Source of the DNA: Deltaproteobacteria bacterium
GTDB lineage: Bacteria; Myxococcota; Kuafuiibacteriia; Kuafuiibacteriales; Kuafuiibacteriaceae
Assembly (NCBI GenBank): GCA_040218735.1
Contig: JAVJQW010000061.1
Location: forward strand, 96,001 to 160,000
Direction: 5' to 3'
DNA length: 64,000 nt
Below the pieces are notes generated by a model. The model searched no databases, was not told the DNA's origin, and saw only the letters and a list, made by a program, of their open reading frames with translations. Positions 25,425 through 39,648 of this stretch are shown here, one piece after another. Within the stretch, counting starts at the first letter, position 1; every line of letters begins with the position of its first letter. The position numbers were made by a program, and so were the translations under genes.

Positions 25425-25557
25425 CGCTTACTTTCGGTCCCTACCGGCCGCTGGTATCTCGAGGAACCGGTGCCCGGGTGCAGCCCCGGGCGCCGTGTCC
25501 GCAGTTATGCCCTCGGGGGCGCGACAGCGCACCCGAAATTTGGGTAAGCTCCCGGCC

Positions 25558-26463
25558 GTGGCGACCCTCAAGTCGCTGAAGGACGACACGAGCCTTCCTG
25601 TGACCGCTCGACTCCTGGTCGGGCGCTCGCCGTCGTGCGGCCTGCGCGTGTCGGACCCACACGCCTCGGGTGAGCACGCGACCGTCACCTGGACGGGCTG
25701 GCACTGGGAGATCAAGGACCTCGGCAGCCGCAACGGGACGTACGTCGACGGGACGAAGCTCGACGCCGGCGTCGCCGTGAAGCTCACGACCGGGAGCCGC
25801 ATCGCGTTCGGCGATCCCGAGCGCGCCTGGGAGATGGAGTCGGACGACGCGCCGAACGTCATGGCGATCCACCTCGTCACCAACGAGATCCGCGACGCCG
25901 ACGCCGGCCTGCTCGTCCTCCCGAGCGACGACGAGCCCGAGCTTTCGTTCTTCCAGAACAGCACGGGTGAGTGGGTCGAGGAGGACCTCGACGGGCAGCG
26001 GCGCAACGTCGAGGACCAGTCCGTCGTCCAGACGTCGAAGGGCGCGTGGCAGATCCAGCTGCCGTACATCAACGAAGGTACGCCGTTGATGCAGCTCGAG
26101 CTCGCGCTCGAGACGATCAGCCTGCAGTTCGCCGTGAGCCGCGACGAGGAGCGCGTCGAGATGACGATCCTCCACCGCGGGATGGAGATCCCCCTCGAAC
26201 CGCGCGAGCACGGCTACGTCTTGCTCACGCTCGCGCGCGCCCGCGCGGAGGACGAAGCCGTCCCCCTCGAACAACGCGGCTGGCGGGACCGCGACCGACT
26301 GGAGAAGATGCTCGCGATGGATTCGAACGCCCTGAACGTGGCGATCCATCGCGCGCGACAGCAGCTCTCGAGCGCCGGGGTCGCCGGCGCCGCCAACATC
26401 GTCGAGGTCCGACGCAAACAGCGACGCCTCGGGACCGATCGCTTCCGGATCGTCTCGCTGTAG
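25558..26463 (+). CDS. FHA-domain protein with possible C-terminal winged helix
   Basis: VGRSPSC..ASGEHA..DLGSRNGTYVDG; start uncertain (25495 or 25558); C-terminal LNVAIHRARQQL. Confidence 0.8.
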   Translation: MATLKSLKDDTSLPVTARLLVGRSPSCGLRVSDPHASGEHATVTWTGWHWEIKDLGSRNGTYVDGTKLDAGVAVKLTTGSRIAFGDPERAWEMESDDAPNVMAIHLVTNEIRDADAGLLVLPSDDEPELSFFQNSTGEWVEEDLDGQRRNVEDQSVVQTSKGAWQIQLPYINEGTPLMQLELALETISLQFAVSRDEERVEMTILHRGMEIPLEPREHGYVLLTLARARAEDEAVPLEQRGWRDRDRLEKMLAMDSNALNVAIHRARQQLSSAGVAGAANIVEVRRKQRRLGTDRFRIVSL

Positions 26464-26472
26464 GCGCTGCCC

Positions 26473-28329
26473 ATGGCAGACAACAAGCTCCGGCCGGGCA
26501 CGCTGATCGACGATCGTTTCCTCCTCGGAAAGCGGCTCGGCTCGGGCTCCACCGGCGTGGTGTGGCGCGCGCTCGATCAGGAGAGCGGGCAGGACGTCGC
26601 GCTGAAGATCCTGCACCCGAAGATGAGCCACGACGCGATGCTCGTCGCACAGCTCGCGCGCGAAGCCGACGTCCTGCAGCAGCTCGATCACCCGCACATC
26701 GCGACGTCCTTCGCATTCCAGCCGGACGGGCCGTTTGTTTACCTCGCGATGGAGTTCATCGACGGGCGCCCGCTGCACGAGGTCATCGGCGCCCACACGC
26801 GCGACAAGAGGTACTTCGAGCACCGTGAGGTGATGAACATCCTCTCGCAGCTCGCCGACGCCGTCGGGCACGCGCACGCGAAGTACATCGTGCACCGCGA
26901 CCTCAAGCCGCAGAACGTCATCGTCATCGGCGACGGCCCCGACGCGACGGTGAAGGTGCTCGACTTCGGGATCGCGCGGCTCCTCGAGGGGAGCATCTTC
27001 GACGCCACCACGCTCGGGCGTCAGCTCGGCTCGCTGTTCTACATGTCGCCGGAGCAGACACGCGGAGAGCCGGCCGACGCACGCAGTGACGTCTTCGCGC
27101 TCGGCGCGATCCTCTTCGAGCTGATCACGTTGCGCCGCGCGTGGGCCTGGGACGAACAGGGCATGCCGGTCCCCGCGTTCGAGCGACCGGTGCCGGCCGG
27201 CGAGGCCAACGCGCTCGCCGCGGTGTTCACGCGGCTGACCTCCGGGCCCCGCCCTCGCGTGAGCGATGCACGCCTGGAGATGCCGCCTTCGTTCGACGCG
27301 GTCATCACCCGTGCGCTCGCGGTGAAGCGCGAGGATCGTTACGCGTCGGTGCAGGAGTTCGCGAAGGAGGCGCTCGGGGCGCTGGAGCGGATCACCGGGT
27401 CGGTCGAGGCGGCGACGGTGCTCGCTTCGGCGGTCGGTGAAGTGCCGTGGTCGGCGGAGGGCCACGGGCACGGCGTCGCGAACGTGGCGGCGGCGCAGTC
27501 CGGCGAGTACGCGGAGACGGCGCTCCTCGCGGCGGCGGACCACGCGGTGCTGGGGACGACCACGGTGGTCGACTCGGAGGACGAAGCGATCGAGACCGAC
27601 GATCAGCTCTCGCAGAACGAGCTGATCGACACGATGGAGGGTTCGATCGAGGAGACGGCGGCGGAGGCTTCGATCACGGCGCCGCCGGTCCCGCCCGAGC
27701 ACTCCGGTCGCAGCAAACGCGACTATCCGGAGACGGTGGAGTTCGTCGGCCCGAGCGACGAAGCGGGGCGGCGCTCCGGCGGTGCGCAAAAGAGCGATCC
27801 GCGCTCCGCGGAGGCGCGCTCGCCGCGGACCCGGACGCGCCCCGTCGGTGAGCACGAGCGACCGCCGCTGGCCGTCGAGGTCTCGGCGCCCACCCCGAAC
27901 CTCCCCCGCTTCGACGACGTCCCCCCGCCGGTCACGGCGCTGTCCGCGACGCGCGAGACGCCGCAGGCGCAGGAAGAGGGCATTCGGTTGCTGCCGATCG
28001 TCGCCGTCGCGATCGTCTCGATGCTCGCGGCGATCCTCGTCGGCCTGGTGATCTTCGATCCCGAGCCCGCGGTGGAGTCGGTCGAGATCCCGCCCGAGGC
28101 GACTCGGCCGCACGCCGCGCTGTGGCAGCAGCTCGCGACGGTCGAGCAGCGCCCGAAGGACAAGGTCGCGATGCAGGCCCTCAGCGACGGCATCGTGAAG
28201 GCCGCGGGGGTCATCGAGGACGACGAGACCTCCGAGACGATCGTCGCGTGCGCGAAGGGCAACGCGTTGCTCGCGAACCCGAAGGGGATGCGGAACTGCT
28301 TGGAGCGCCTGACGAAGGCGACGCAGTAG
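26473..28329 (+). CDS. Membrane Ser/Thr protein kinase
   Basis: GSGSTGVV, VALK, HRDLKPQN, DFG, YMSPEQ; TM near C-terminus. Confidence 0.93.
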   Translation: MADNKLRPGTLIDDRFLLGKRLGSGSTGVVWRALDQESGQDVALKILHPKMSHDAMLVAQLAREADVLQQLDHPHIATSFAFQPDGPFVYLAMEFIDGRPLHEVIGAHTRDKRYFEHREVMNILSQLADAVGHAHAKYIVHRDLKPQNVIVIGDGPDATVKVLDFGIARLLEGSIFDATTLGRQLGSLFYMSPEQTRGEPADARSDVFALGAILFELITLRRAWAWDEQGMPVPAFERPVPAGEANALAAVFTRLTSGPRPRVSDARLEMPPSFDAVITRALAVKREDRYASVQEFAKEALGALERITGSVEAATVLASAVGEVPWSAEGHGHGVANVAAAQSGEYAETALLAAADHAVLGTTTVVDSEDEAIETDDQLSQNELIDTMEGSIEETAAEASITAPPVPPEHSGRSKRDYPETVEFVGPSDEAGRRSGGAQKSDPRSAEARSPRTRTRPVGEHERPPLAVEVSAPTPNLPRFDDVPPPVTALSATRETPQAQEEGIRLLPIVAVAIVSMLAAILVGLVIFDPEPAVESVEIPPEATRPHAALWQQLATVEQRPKDKVAMQALSDGIVKAAGVIEDDETSETIVACAKGNALLANPKGMRNCLERLTKATQ

Positions 28330-28335
28330 GCCGAA

Positions 28336-28372
28336 TCTCCAGAACTTCTCCAGAGGTCCTCCAAGTCTCCAC
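28336..28372 (+). promoter_or_regulatory. Phased CTCCA direct repeats upstream of the mddA-like gene
   Basis: CTCCA at 28337, 28348, 28359, 28367 (spacing 11, 11, 8). Confidence 0.5.
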
Positions 28373-28436
28373 GGGGCGGGTCCTGAGAGTGTCCCCATCG
28401 CGGGTCGTCGACACGGCCACGAAGAAAGGACCTCCC

Positions 28437-29228
28437 ATGTTCAAGCGAATCTCCACCTTCCTCTACGGCGTCGTGTCCTACGGCGTCGGTGTTGCGGCCC
28501 TGGTGGCCCTCATCCTCATCACGCTCGGCGTGCTCGGCTTCACGGGCGGACCGGTGTCCATCGAATCGTTCGCCGGGGCGCTCGTGTTCAACGTCGCCCT
28601 GCTCCTCGCCTTCGGCATCCAGCACAGCGTCATGGCCCGCAAGTGGTTCAAGGAGCGCTGGACGAAGATCATCCCCGAGGCCGCGGAGCGGTCGACGTTC
28701 GTGCTCGCGACCGCCCTCGTCCTCGGGCCGGCGCTGTACCTCTGGCAGCCGATGCCCGAGGTCATCTGGGACGTCTCGAACCCGATCGCGCGTGTCGCGC
28801 TGACCGCCGCTTGTGTCGCGGGCTGGGGTTACCTGTTCGTGTCGACGTTCGCGATCGACCACTTCGAGCTGTTCGGACTGCGGCAGGTCTGGGACGCGAT
28901 GCGGGGCAACAAGACGGAGCGCACGTCGTTCCAGGAGAAGTGGATGTACCGCTTCGACCGTCACCCGATCATGACCGGCGCGATCCTCGGCATCTGGATG
29001 ACGCCGACGATGACCGCCGACCACCTCCTCCTCGCCGTGATGTCGACGCTCTACGTGATGGTCGGCGTGCACTTCGAGGAGCGCGCGCTGCGTCGCGAGT
29101 GGGGCGAGCGCTACGCGGAGTACGCGAGCCGCGTGGGGACGATCGTCCCGCGCCTCCCGCTCGGGAAACGCGCGCCTACGACGTCAGAGGAGCGACGAAC
29201 CGGTAGCCGACCCTATGCAGCGTCTTGA
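28437..29228 (+). CDS. mddA: Methanethiol S-methyltransferase MddA-like (ICMT/NnrU membrane methyltransferase)
   Basis: ATG 28437 after AAAGGA; FLYGVVSY, FGIQHSVMAR, ERSTFVL, STFAIDHFELFGLRQVW, RHPI, TPTMTADHLL, EERAL. Confidence 0.7.
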   Translation: MFKRISTFLYGVVSYGVGVAALVALILITLGVLGFTGGPVSIESFAGALVFNVALLLAFGIQHSVMARKWFKERWTKIIPEAAERSTFVLATALVLGPALYLWQPMPEVIWDVSNPIARVALTAACVAGWGYLFVSTFAIDHFELFGLRQVWDAMRGNKTERTSFQEKWMYRFDRHPIMTGAILGIWMTPTMTADHLLLAVMSTLYVMVGVHFEERALRREWGERYAEYASRVGTIVPRLPLGKRAPTTSEERRTGSRPYAAS

Positions 29229-30687
29229 TGACGCGCTGTGACCGTCCGTCGTCGCCCACGGCCTGGCGGGCCGCCTTCAGGCGGCTCGTCAACGCCGACT
29301 CGGAGACGAACCGATCCCCCCACACCTCGGCGAGGAGCTCCTCCTTCGTCACGACGCGGTGGCGCTGCTCGGCCAGGAACCTCAGCACCTGGAACACCTG
29401 CGGCTCCATCGCGACGACCTCGCCGCCGCGGCGCAGCTCGTGCGCCTCTCGGTCCAGCTCGCAGTCGAAGAAGCTCAGTACGTCGGACGAGGGCGGAGGC
29501 GGAGGCGCCGGCGGGCCGCCTGTCACGTGCGCGGGCAGGTGCTCGGCGGCGATCGCCTGCCCCTCGGCGCGCGCGATCCCCAGCGCGACGGCCTGCTCCA
29601 TCTCACGGATGTTGAGCGGCCAAGCGTACGCGAGGAGCGCGCGCGTCGCGCGACGCGACAAACGCAAGTCCTCCGGATGATCCGAAGCGCGCCGCAAGAT
29701 GGCTTGCAGCATGAGGCCGATGTCCTGCTTGCGCTCTTGGACCGTAGGGAGGTCGATGCGCACGCCCGAGAGGCGCGCCATCAGATCGGATCGGAAGCGC
29801 CCGGCATCCACCGCCGCCTGCATGTCCTCGCGCGCGGCGCTGACCAGCTTGAAGTCCACGGGGACCGGCTCCGTCGCACCGACGGGGAGGACCTCGCGCT
29901 CCTGGAGGACACGCAGCAGCGTCGACTGGCTCTCGAGGGGGAGGTCGAGGACCTCGTCGAGGAACAGCGTGCCGCGATCGGCGGCGCGGATCAGCCCGAG
30001 GTCGCCGTCGACGTGACCGAAGAGCTGACGCTCGAGCTCGGCCTGGGCGAGCGCGCCGCAGCTCACGCCCACGAACGAACCGCCGCGCTCGGTGCGGGCG
30101 TGGACGGCGCGGGCGACGAGCTCCTTGCCGGTGCCGCTCGGTCCCTGCACGAGGATACCGCTGGCGTGCGGCGCGAGGTCGAGCGCCGTGCGGTAGGCCT
30201 CGGCGAGCGTGGCGTCGAAGGTCGTCAGCGCGTCGGAGCCGAAGCTCCGCGGGGCGACCTCGTGCTCGGACCAGGTCGACGCCGCGGCGCGGAACACGAG
30301 GAAGGTGTGCCCGACCTCGACGACGTCGCCGTCGGCGAGCGTGAGCTCCGCGGTGACCCGCTCGTCGTTGACGCGCGTGCCGTTCTTGGAGCCGAGATCC
30401 TTCAGCCGGACGCTGCCGCCCTGCACCGCGAGCGCGACGTGCCGCTGCGAGAGCCCACGGTCCGGGATGTCGATGCGGAGCGTGCCGCCGTCGCGGCGTC
30501 GGCTGACGTCGTCACTCGGGCTGCGGCCGAGCTCCGCCTCCTCGACCCCACCGAGCGAGAACCGCGCGCACGGGAGGAGCGGATGATCTGCGCGCAGGAC
30601 GAGCACGAGCTGCGGCGCGTGCGCGGTCGGCGCAATCCCCGCGGCGGTCTCGTCGACCAGCGACATCGTGTGGGTCTCGCCGGGCAC
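29176..30687 (-). CDS. FHA + enhancer-binding-type AAA+ (GAFTGA deleted) + OmpR/CadC-type winged helix regulator
   Basis: FHA LSQRH..DLGSKNGT; GPSGTGKE, TLFLDEV, FRSDLMARL, WPLNIREM; C-terminal MEPQVFQVL..VTKEELLAEVW..IKTLHRVGYRF. Confidence 0.85.
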   Translation of the reverse strand: MPGETHTMSLVDETAAGIAPTAHAPQLVLVLRADHPLLPCARFSLGGVEEAELGRSPSDDVSRRRDGGTLRIDIPDRGLSQRHVALAVQGGSVRLKDLGSKNGTRVNDERVTAELTLADGDVVEVGHTFLVFRAAASTWSEHEVAPRSFGSDALTTFDATLAEAYRTALDLAPHASGILVQGPSGTGKELVARAVHARTERGGSFVGVSCGALAQAELERQLFGHVDGDLGLIRAADRGTLFLDEVLDLPLESQSTLLRVLQEREVLPVGATEPVPVDFKLVSAAREDMQAAVDAGRFRSDLMARLSGVRIDLPTVQERKQDIGLMLQAILRRASDHPEDLRLSRRATRALLAYAWPLNIREMEQAVALGIARAEGQAIAAEHLPAHVTGGPPAPPPPPSSDVLSFFDCELDREAHELRRGGEVVAMEPQVFQVLRFLAEQRHRVVTKEELLAEVWGDRFVSESALTSRLKAARQAVGDDGRSQRVIKTLHRVGYRFVAPLTS

Positions 30688-30698
30688 CGCACCTCGAA

Positions 30699-35714
<5,016 letters not shown>

Positions 35715-35751
35715 CCCGCCCCGGAAGCTACCACCCCTGGTTCCTCGACGG

Positions 35752-37545
35752 TCAGCGCAGGACCAGGCTCAGGTCGTACGTGTTGCCGGGATCGGATCCG
35801 GCGTCGGCGTAGAGGTACACGCGGAGGACGTAGGTGCCGCCGACTTGTGTGGAGAAGAGGATCGTCTCGTCGTCGTCGCCGGACGTCGCGCTGCTGAGGA
35901 GCGTGCCGGAGAGCGTGGACAGCTCGGCGTCGATGTCGCCTTCGGCGTGCAGGAAGGACAGGTCGATGTCGACGCCCTGCCCTTGCGCGAGATCGAACCG
36001 GTAGTAGTCGGCGTCGGCTTCACACATCGTGAGGCCGGCGTGTGCGCCGAACGCGACCGGCGCGGCGGCGGCGACCGCGTCGTTCGGCTCGAACGTGTCG
36101 GGCGCGCAGCCGCTGGTCGCGAGCTGGAGTGTGTAGTCGTTGCCCGGGGCGTTGCCGTCGTCGGATGCGAGCTGCACGCGCAGGACGTAGGCGCCGGTGC
36201 TGGTGACGACGAGGGTCTCGTCGTCGTCCTGACTGGCGGCGAGCGCGACGGAGGTGCCGTTCGGGTCGAAGAGTTCGAGGTCGACGTCGCCCTCGGCGTG
36301 GGTGAACGCGGCTTGGATCGTGAGGGGCGTCGCCGTGGTGAAGGCGTAGTAGTCCGATTCGCCGCACGCGGTCGCGGTGTAGGGCGTGTCGAGCGTGGCG
36401 GGGGCGGCGGTGAGGAGCGTGTCGTTCGGCTCCATCGCGTCGGCGACGCACCGCAGCGGTTCGGTGCGGGTGACCTGCAGGCCGTACGGAGCGCCGGCGC
36501 GACGCCCCCCGTCATCGACGAGGTGAACGCGCAGCGTGTGGTCGCCCGGCGTGGTGACGACGTGAGTGAGCTGCTCGTCGTCCGTGGACGAGTCGGCGAT
36601 GGCAACGGAGGCACCGCTGGGATCGAACAGCTCCAGCGCGAGGTCGGCCTCGGCGTGTTCGAAGTCGATCGTGAGCTGGAGGGTGTCGTCGACGTCGGCC
36701 GCGACGACGAACCAGTCGTCGTTGCCTTCACACTGCGCGAGGTCCGAGTACCGGCCCGGCTCGACGCGCGTGGCCTCGGCGGTGGAGTCGTTCGGCTCTT
36801 CGGCGTCGTCGGCGCACGCGCCCCACGCGACCTCCGTGAGCAAGTTGTATTGCGCACCCGGGGCGACGCCGAGGTCCTCCTCCAGCACGACGCGGATCGC
36901 GAAGCTGTCGTCGCGCGGCGCGACGAACGTGAAGGAGGCGAGCCCGGGTTCGGTCGTGACGTTCACGGACTCGCCGGCGAGCGTGAGCCCGACGCGCCCC
37001 TCCGAAGCGGTGTAGTCGATCTGCACGCTGGCTTCGTCGCCGGCTGCGAGGTCGAGGCGGAAGAAGTCGGCGTCGTCGCACGCGCGTAGGCCGGCTTCGA
37101 GGTCGCCGATCACCGCGGCGGCGTCGGAGGCGTCGTTGGGTTCGAAGCGATCCGTCGGGCACTCGCCGCGCGGGACACACCGCCGCGATCCGTCGCACAC
37201 GAAGCCGACCTCACACGGCGCGACGTTGCAGTCGTCGACGCAGGTGGAGGCCTCGCAGATCTGCGTAGGAGCGCACTCCGCATCGGTGGCGCACACGTCG
37301 GAGCGCTCGGCTTCGACACACGTGCCGAGATCGCACCGCTCGCCGCGCGCGCAGTCGCTGTCGTCACGGCAGCCGGTCGGCGGCGGGGGATCGACGGGGT
37401 CGCGCGAGACCGGCGGATCGGTGCACGCCTGCTGCACGCAGATCCGTTCGTAGGCGCAGTCCGCATCGACGACGCAGGGGGGCGCCTCGCGGATGCCGAA
37501 GCAGCTCGTGAGCAGGACGAGCGCGAGCGGGGTGGGCCTTCGCAC
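35752..37545 (-). CDS. Lipoprotein with Cys-rich repeats and four PPC (pre-peptidase C-terminal) domains
   Basis: Start moved to GTG 37545 (LVLLTS-C); CxxDxDC repeats; four EPND repeats with D-Y/F/W motifs and DLEL. Confidence 0.8.
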   Translation of the reverse strand: MRRPTPLALVLLTSCFGIREAPPCVVDADCAYERICVQQACTDPPVSRDPVDPPPPTGCRDDSDCARGERCDLGTCVEAERSDVCATDAECAPTQICEASTCVDDCNVAPCEVGFVCDGSRRCVPRGECPTDRFEPNDASDAAAVIGDLEAGLRACDDADFFRLDLAAGDEASVQIDYTASEGRVGLTLAGESVNVTTEPGLASFTFVAPRDDSFAIRVVLEEDLGVAPGAQYNLLTEVAWGACADDAEEPNDSTAEATRVEPGRYSDLAQCEGNDDWFVVAADVDDTLQLTIDFEHAEADLALELFDPSGASVAIADSSTDDEQLTHVVTTPGDHTLRVHLVDDGGRRAGAPYGLQVTRTEPLRCVADAMEPNDTLLTAAPATLDTPYTATACGESDYYAFTTATPLTIQAAFTHAEGDVDLELFDPNGTSVALAASQDDDETLVVTSTGAYVLRVQLASDDGNAPGNDYTLQLATSGCAPDTFEPNDAVAAAAPVAFGAHAGLTMCEADADYYRFDLAQGQGVDIDLSFLHAEGDIDAELSTLSGTLLSSATSGDDDETILFSTQVGGTYVLRVYLYADAGSDPGNTYDLSLVLR

Positions 37546-37624
37546 CGGGCCCAGTGTTTCGAACCTCGCGCGCCTTGGGATCGGTCGACCTCGGTACGTG
37601 GTGCCAGGTGACGGGGACCGAGGG

Positions 37625-38140
37625 TCAGGCGGCGGCGGGCGCACGCACCCACGCGGGCGCTGCGGCGACGAACACGCCGAGCGCGAGACCGAGGAATGCA
37701 CCCACGCCGACGATCGCGCAGCCGAGCGCTCCGACGAGCACGATGTGGAACGCGGCCACCGCGAACACACGTTTGAGGGGGACCTGCTGCCGCACGCCCC
37801 AGACCGCGAGCAGCGCGCCGGCGAGGACTCCGCCCAACCCGCACGTCGCGACCAGGGCTTCGTCGCGCACGCCCGCGTACGCCGCGCAGAGCGGCGCGAG
37901 GAACGCGATGCAGCCTCCGACGGTAGCCGGTGCGATCGCCCGCTCGTACCAACCGCCCCGCCAGCCCAAGAACAACGTCGTGAGCGCCAACGCCGCGACC
38001 ACGCCGTAGCTGACCGCCGTGCATCCGCACGCTTGCTCGGCGCACACGACGAGGAGCGCGGGCAGCCACATGCGGCGGGCCGCGTACTTCAGGCGCCCCC
38101 ACTCGTAGGCGCGTCGTGCTCTGCGTTCGTCAGGCGCCAT
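37625..38140 (-). CDS. Multi-pass membrane protein, putative anti-sigma partner
   Basis: Overlaps the ECF sigma stop; several hydrophobic segments; CAEQACGC motif. Confidence 0.6.
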   Translation of the reverse strand: MAPDERRARRAYEWGRLKYAARRMWLPALLVVCAEQACGCTAVSYGVVAALALTTLFLGWRGGWYERAIAPATVGGCIAFLAPLCAAYAGVRDEALVATCGLGGVLAGALLAVWGVRQQVPLKRVFAVAAFHIVLVGALGCAIVGVGAFLGLALGVFVAAAPAWVRAPAAA

Positions 38141-38663
38141 GGCGTGCTCCCCACATTCTCTTGAAGCGAACGAGCGCGCGCTCCAGTCTCTTTCGGTACG
38201 TCGCGCCGCCGACGTCCGGGCGCTCGACGAGGCCCGCGGAGGCGAGGATCGCCTCGGCGTCGTGTGAGGACATCTCGCCGAGGATCACCTTGGCCGCGCG
38301 CAACAGATCGGCGCGCTCGGCGACGGCGGCCGGATCCGGTTCGTCACAGGCCGGCTCGTGTTCGGGTGGATCGGACCAGCGACGGCGCTGACGTTTCTTC
38401 TCGATCGTGCGGCACTTGTACGCCGTGATGCCGAGGACCCAGGACAGCGCGTCCCGCGACGGGTCGTACTGGTGGGCGTTCTCGAACACGTCGATCAGCG
38501 CGAGCTGCGCGGCGTCGTCGACCGCCTCGGCGGCGACGAGCCTACGCGCGAGTGCGAGGATCGCGGGACGGACGGAGGCATAGACCGCGGGGAACGCAGA
38601 GCGATCCCCGTCTCTCAAACGTGCCATCGCGGCCGAGAGCCGCCGCCGGTCGTCGGCCTCCAT
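38130..38663 (-). CDS. ECF RNA polymerase sigma factor
   Basis: RLRDGDRSAF, VDDAAQLAL, YDPSRDALSWVLGITAY, TYRKRLERAL. Confidence 0.85.
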   Translation of the reverse strand: MEADDRRRLSAAMARLRDGDRSAFPAVYASVRPAILALARRLVAAEAVDDAAQLALIDVFENAHQYDPSRDALSWVLGITAYKCRTIEKKRQRRRWSDPPEHEPACDEPDPAAVAERADLLRAAKVILGEMSSHDAEAILASAGLVERPDVGGATYRKRLERALVRFKRMWGARHGA

Positions 38664-38687
38664 CCGCCTCGCTTCTTCTCGCGGTCC

Positions 38688-38804
38688 TCAGCAGAACGGG
38701 CAGCAGCCCGTGACGCCGACCTTCGTCGCCGCCCACGCCACGGTGGGCGCGCCGAGCACGACGGCCAACGTCATCCAGGGGAACCACTTCTTCATCGCTT
38801 TCAT
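38688..38804 (-). CDS. 38-aa secreted Cys-rich peptide ending CCPFC
   Basis: Not in ORF track; AGGAGG RBS; MKAMKKWFPWMTLAVVLGAPTVAWAATKVGVTGCCPFC. Confidence 0.7.
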   Translation of the reverse strand: MKAMKKWFPWMTLAVVLGAPTVAWAATKVGVTGCCPFC

Positions 38805-38856
38805 TTCGCCTCCTGCTTCGAGTAGGCGGCTGGCGGCAAAAGCGTGACCGACTTTC

Positions 38857-39648
38857 TCAGCGACGCGGGACGACGTCGATGATCGCGACCTCGGGGCGGC
38901 AGAAGAGGCGCACGTCGTAGATCGACGTGCCCACCCCGCGGGTGACGAAGACCCGCGTCGCGCCCCGCTCGTACCAGCCGGCGTCGTAGTCGCCGGAGCC
39001 CGGCGGCGTCACGAGCGCGCCATAGAACGGGACGCGAACCTGCCCACCGTGGGTGTGGGCGGCGAGCACGAGATCGACCTTGCCGACGAGCGGGCCGATC
39101 CCCCCGGGGGAGTGCAACAGGCCGATCGTGAATCCCGGCGCGTCTGCGCGGGTCGGGACGAAGCGGGGGTCGGGGCGGCCGCCGGTGAAGTCGTCGAGGC
39201 CGACGATCGTCACGTCGTCGCGCACCGTCGTCGCGGTGTTGACGAGCCAGCGCCCGGGGTCGGGGCGATAGAACCGCTCGACGCTCGTGCCGAGCGCCCA
39301 GTACTCCCAGTTGCCGGTCACGAGGTAGATCCCGAGCGGCGCCGATGGGAGCGCTGCGATGAATCGCTCGACGGGTTCACGATCCCCGCGCGCGTGGACG
39401 AGGTCACCGCCGAGGAGCACGAGGTCCGGCTTCGCCGCGACGACGGCGGCGGCGGCGGCCTCCGTGATGCCGTCGAACTTGGACGCGTGGAGGTCACCGA
39501 CGAACGCGATGCGCAAGGGGCGCGTGATGTCGCCCTCGATCGTGTACGTCTCGACCGCGAGCCACGCCGGCTCGATCCAACGTGCGTACGCCGCGACCAA
39601 CGCGGGGAGCACCACGAGGAACAGGAGGATGCGAACGGGGCGCTTCAC
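38857..39648 (-). CDS. Metallophosphoesterase (YkuE/YaeI-like)
   Basis: GDLH, GGDLV, GNWE, LLHSP, AHTHGGQV, VTRGVG. Confidence 0.9.
   Translation of the reverse strand: MKRPVRILLFLVVLPALVAAYARWIEPAWLAVETYTIEGDITRPLRIAFVGDLHASKFDGITEAAAAAVVAAKPDLVLLGGDLVHARGDREPVERFIAALPSAPLGIYLVTGNWEYWALGTSVERFYRPDPGRWLVNTATTVRDDVTIVGLDDFTGGRPDPRFVPTRADAPGFTIGLLHSPGGIGPLVGKVDLVLAAHTHGGQVRVPFYGALVTPPGSGDYDAGWYERGATRVFVTRGVGTSIYDVRLFCRPEVAIIDVVPRR

Noticed and set aside
25441-28398. Long antisense or alternate-frame ORFs (also 2052..3659, 10120..12306, 32439..35897, 58340..61663, 60439..62397)
   Set aside because: Arg/Ala/Gly-rich shadow frames over well-supported genes; expected from stop-codon scarcity at high GC.
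38130-38804. The CCPFC peptide is in frame with the ECF sigma across a single TGA (possible selenocysteine or readthrough)
   Set aside because: One-in-three chance by frame; no convincing SECIS hairpin seen; a signal peptide fused to a sigma factor is implausible; the sigma gene has its own GAGG RBS.
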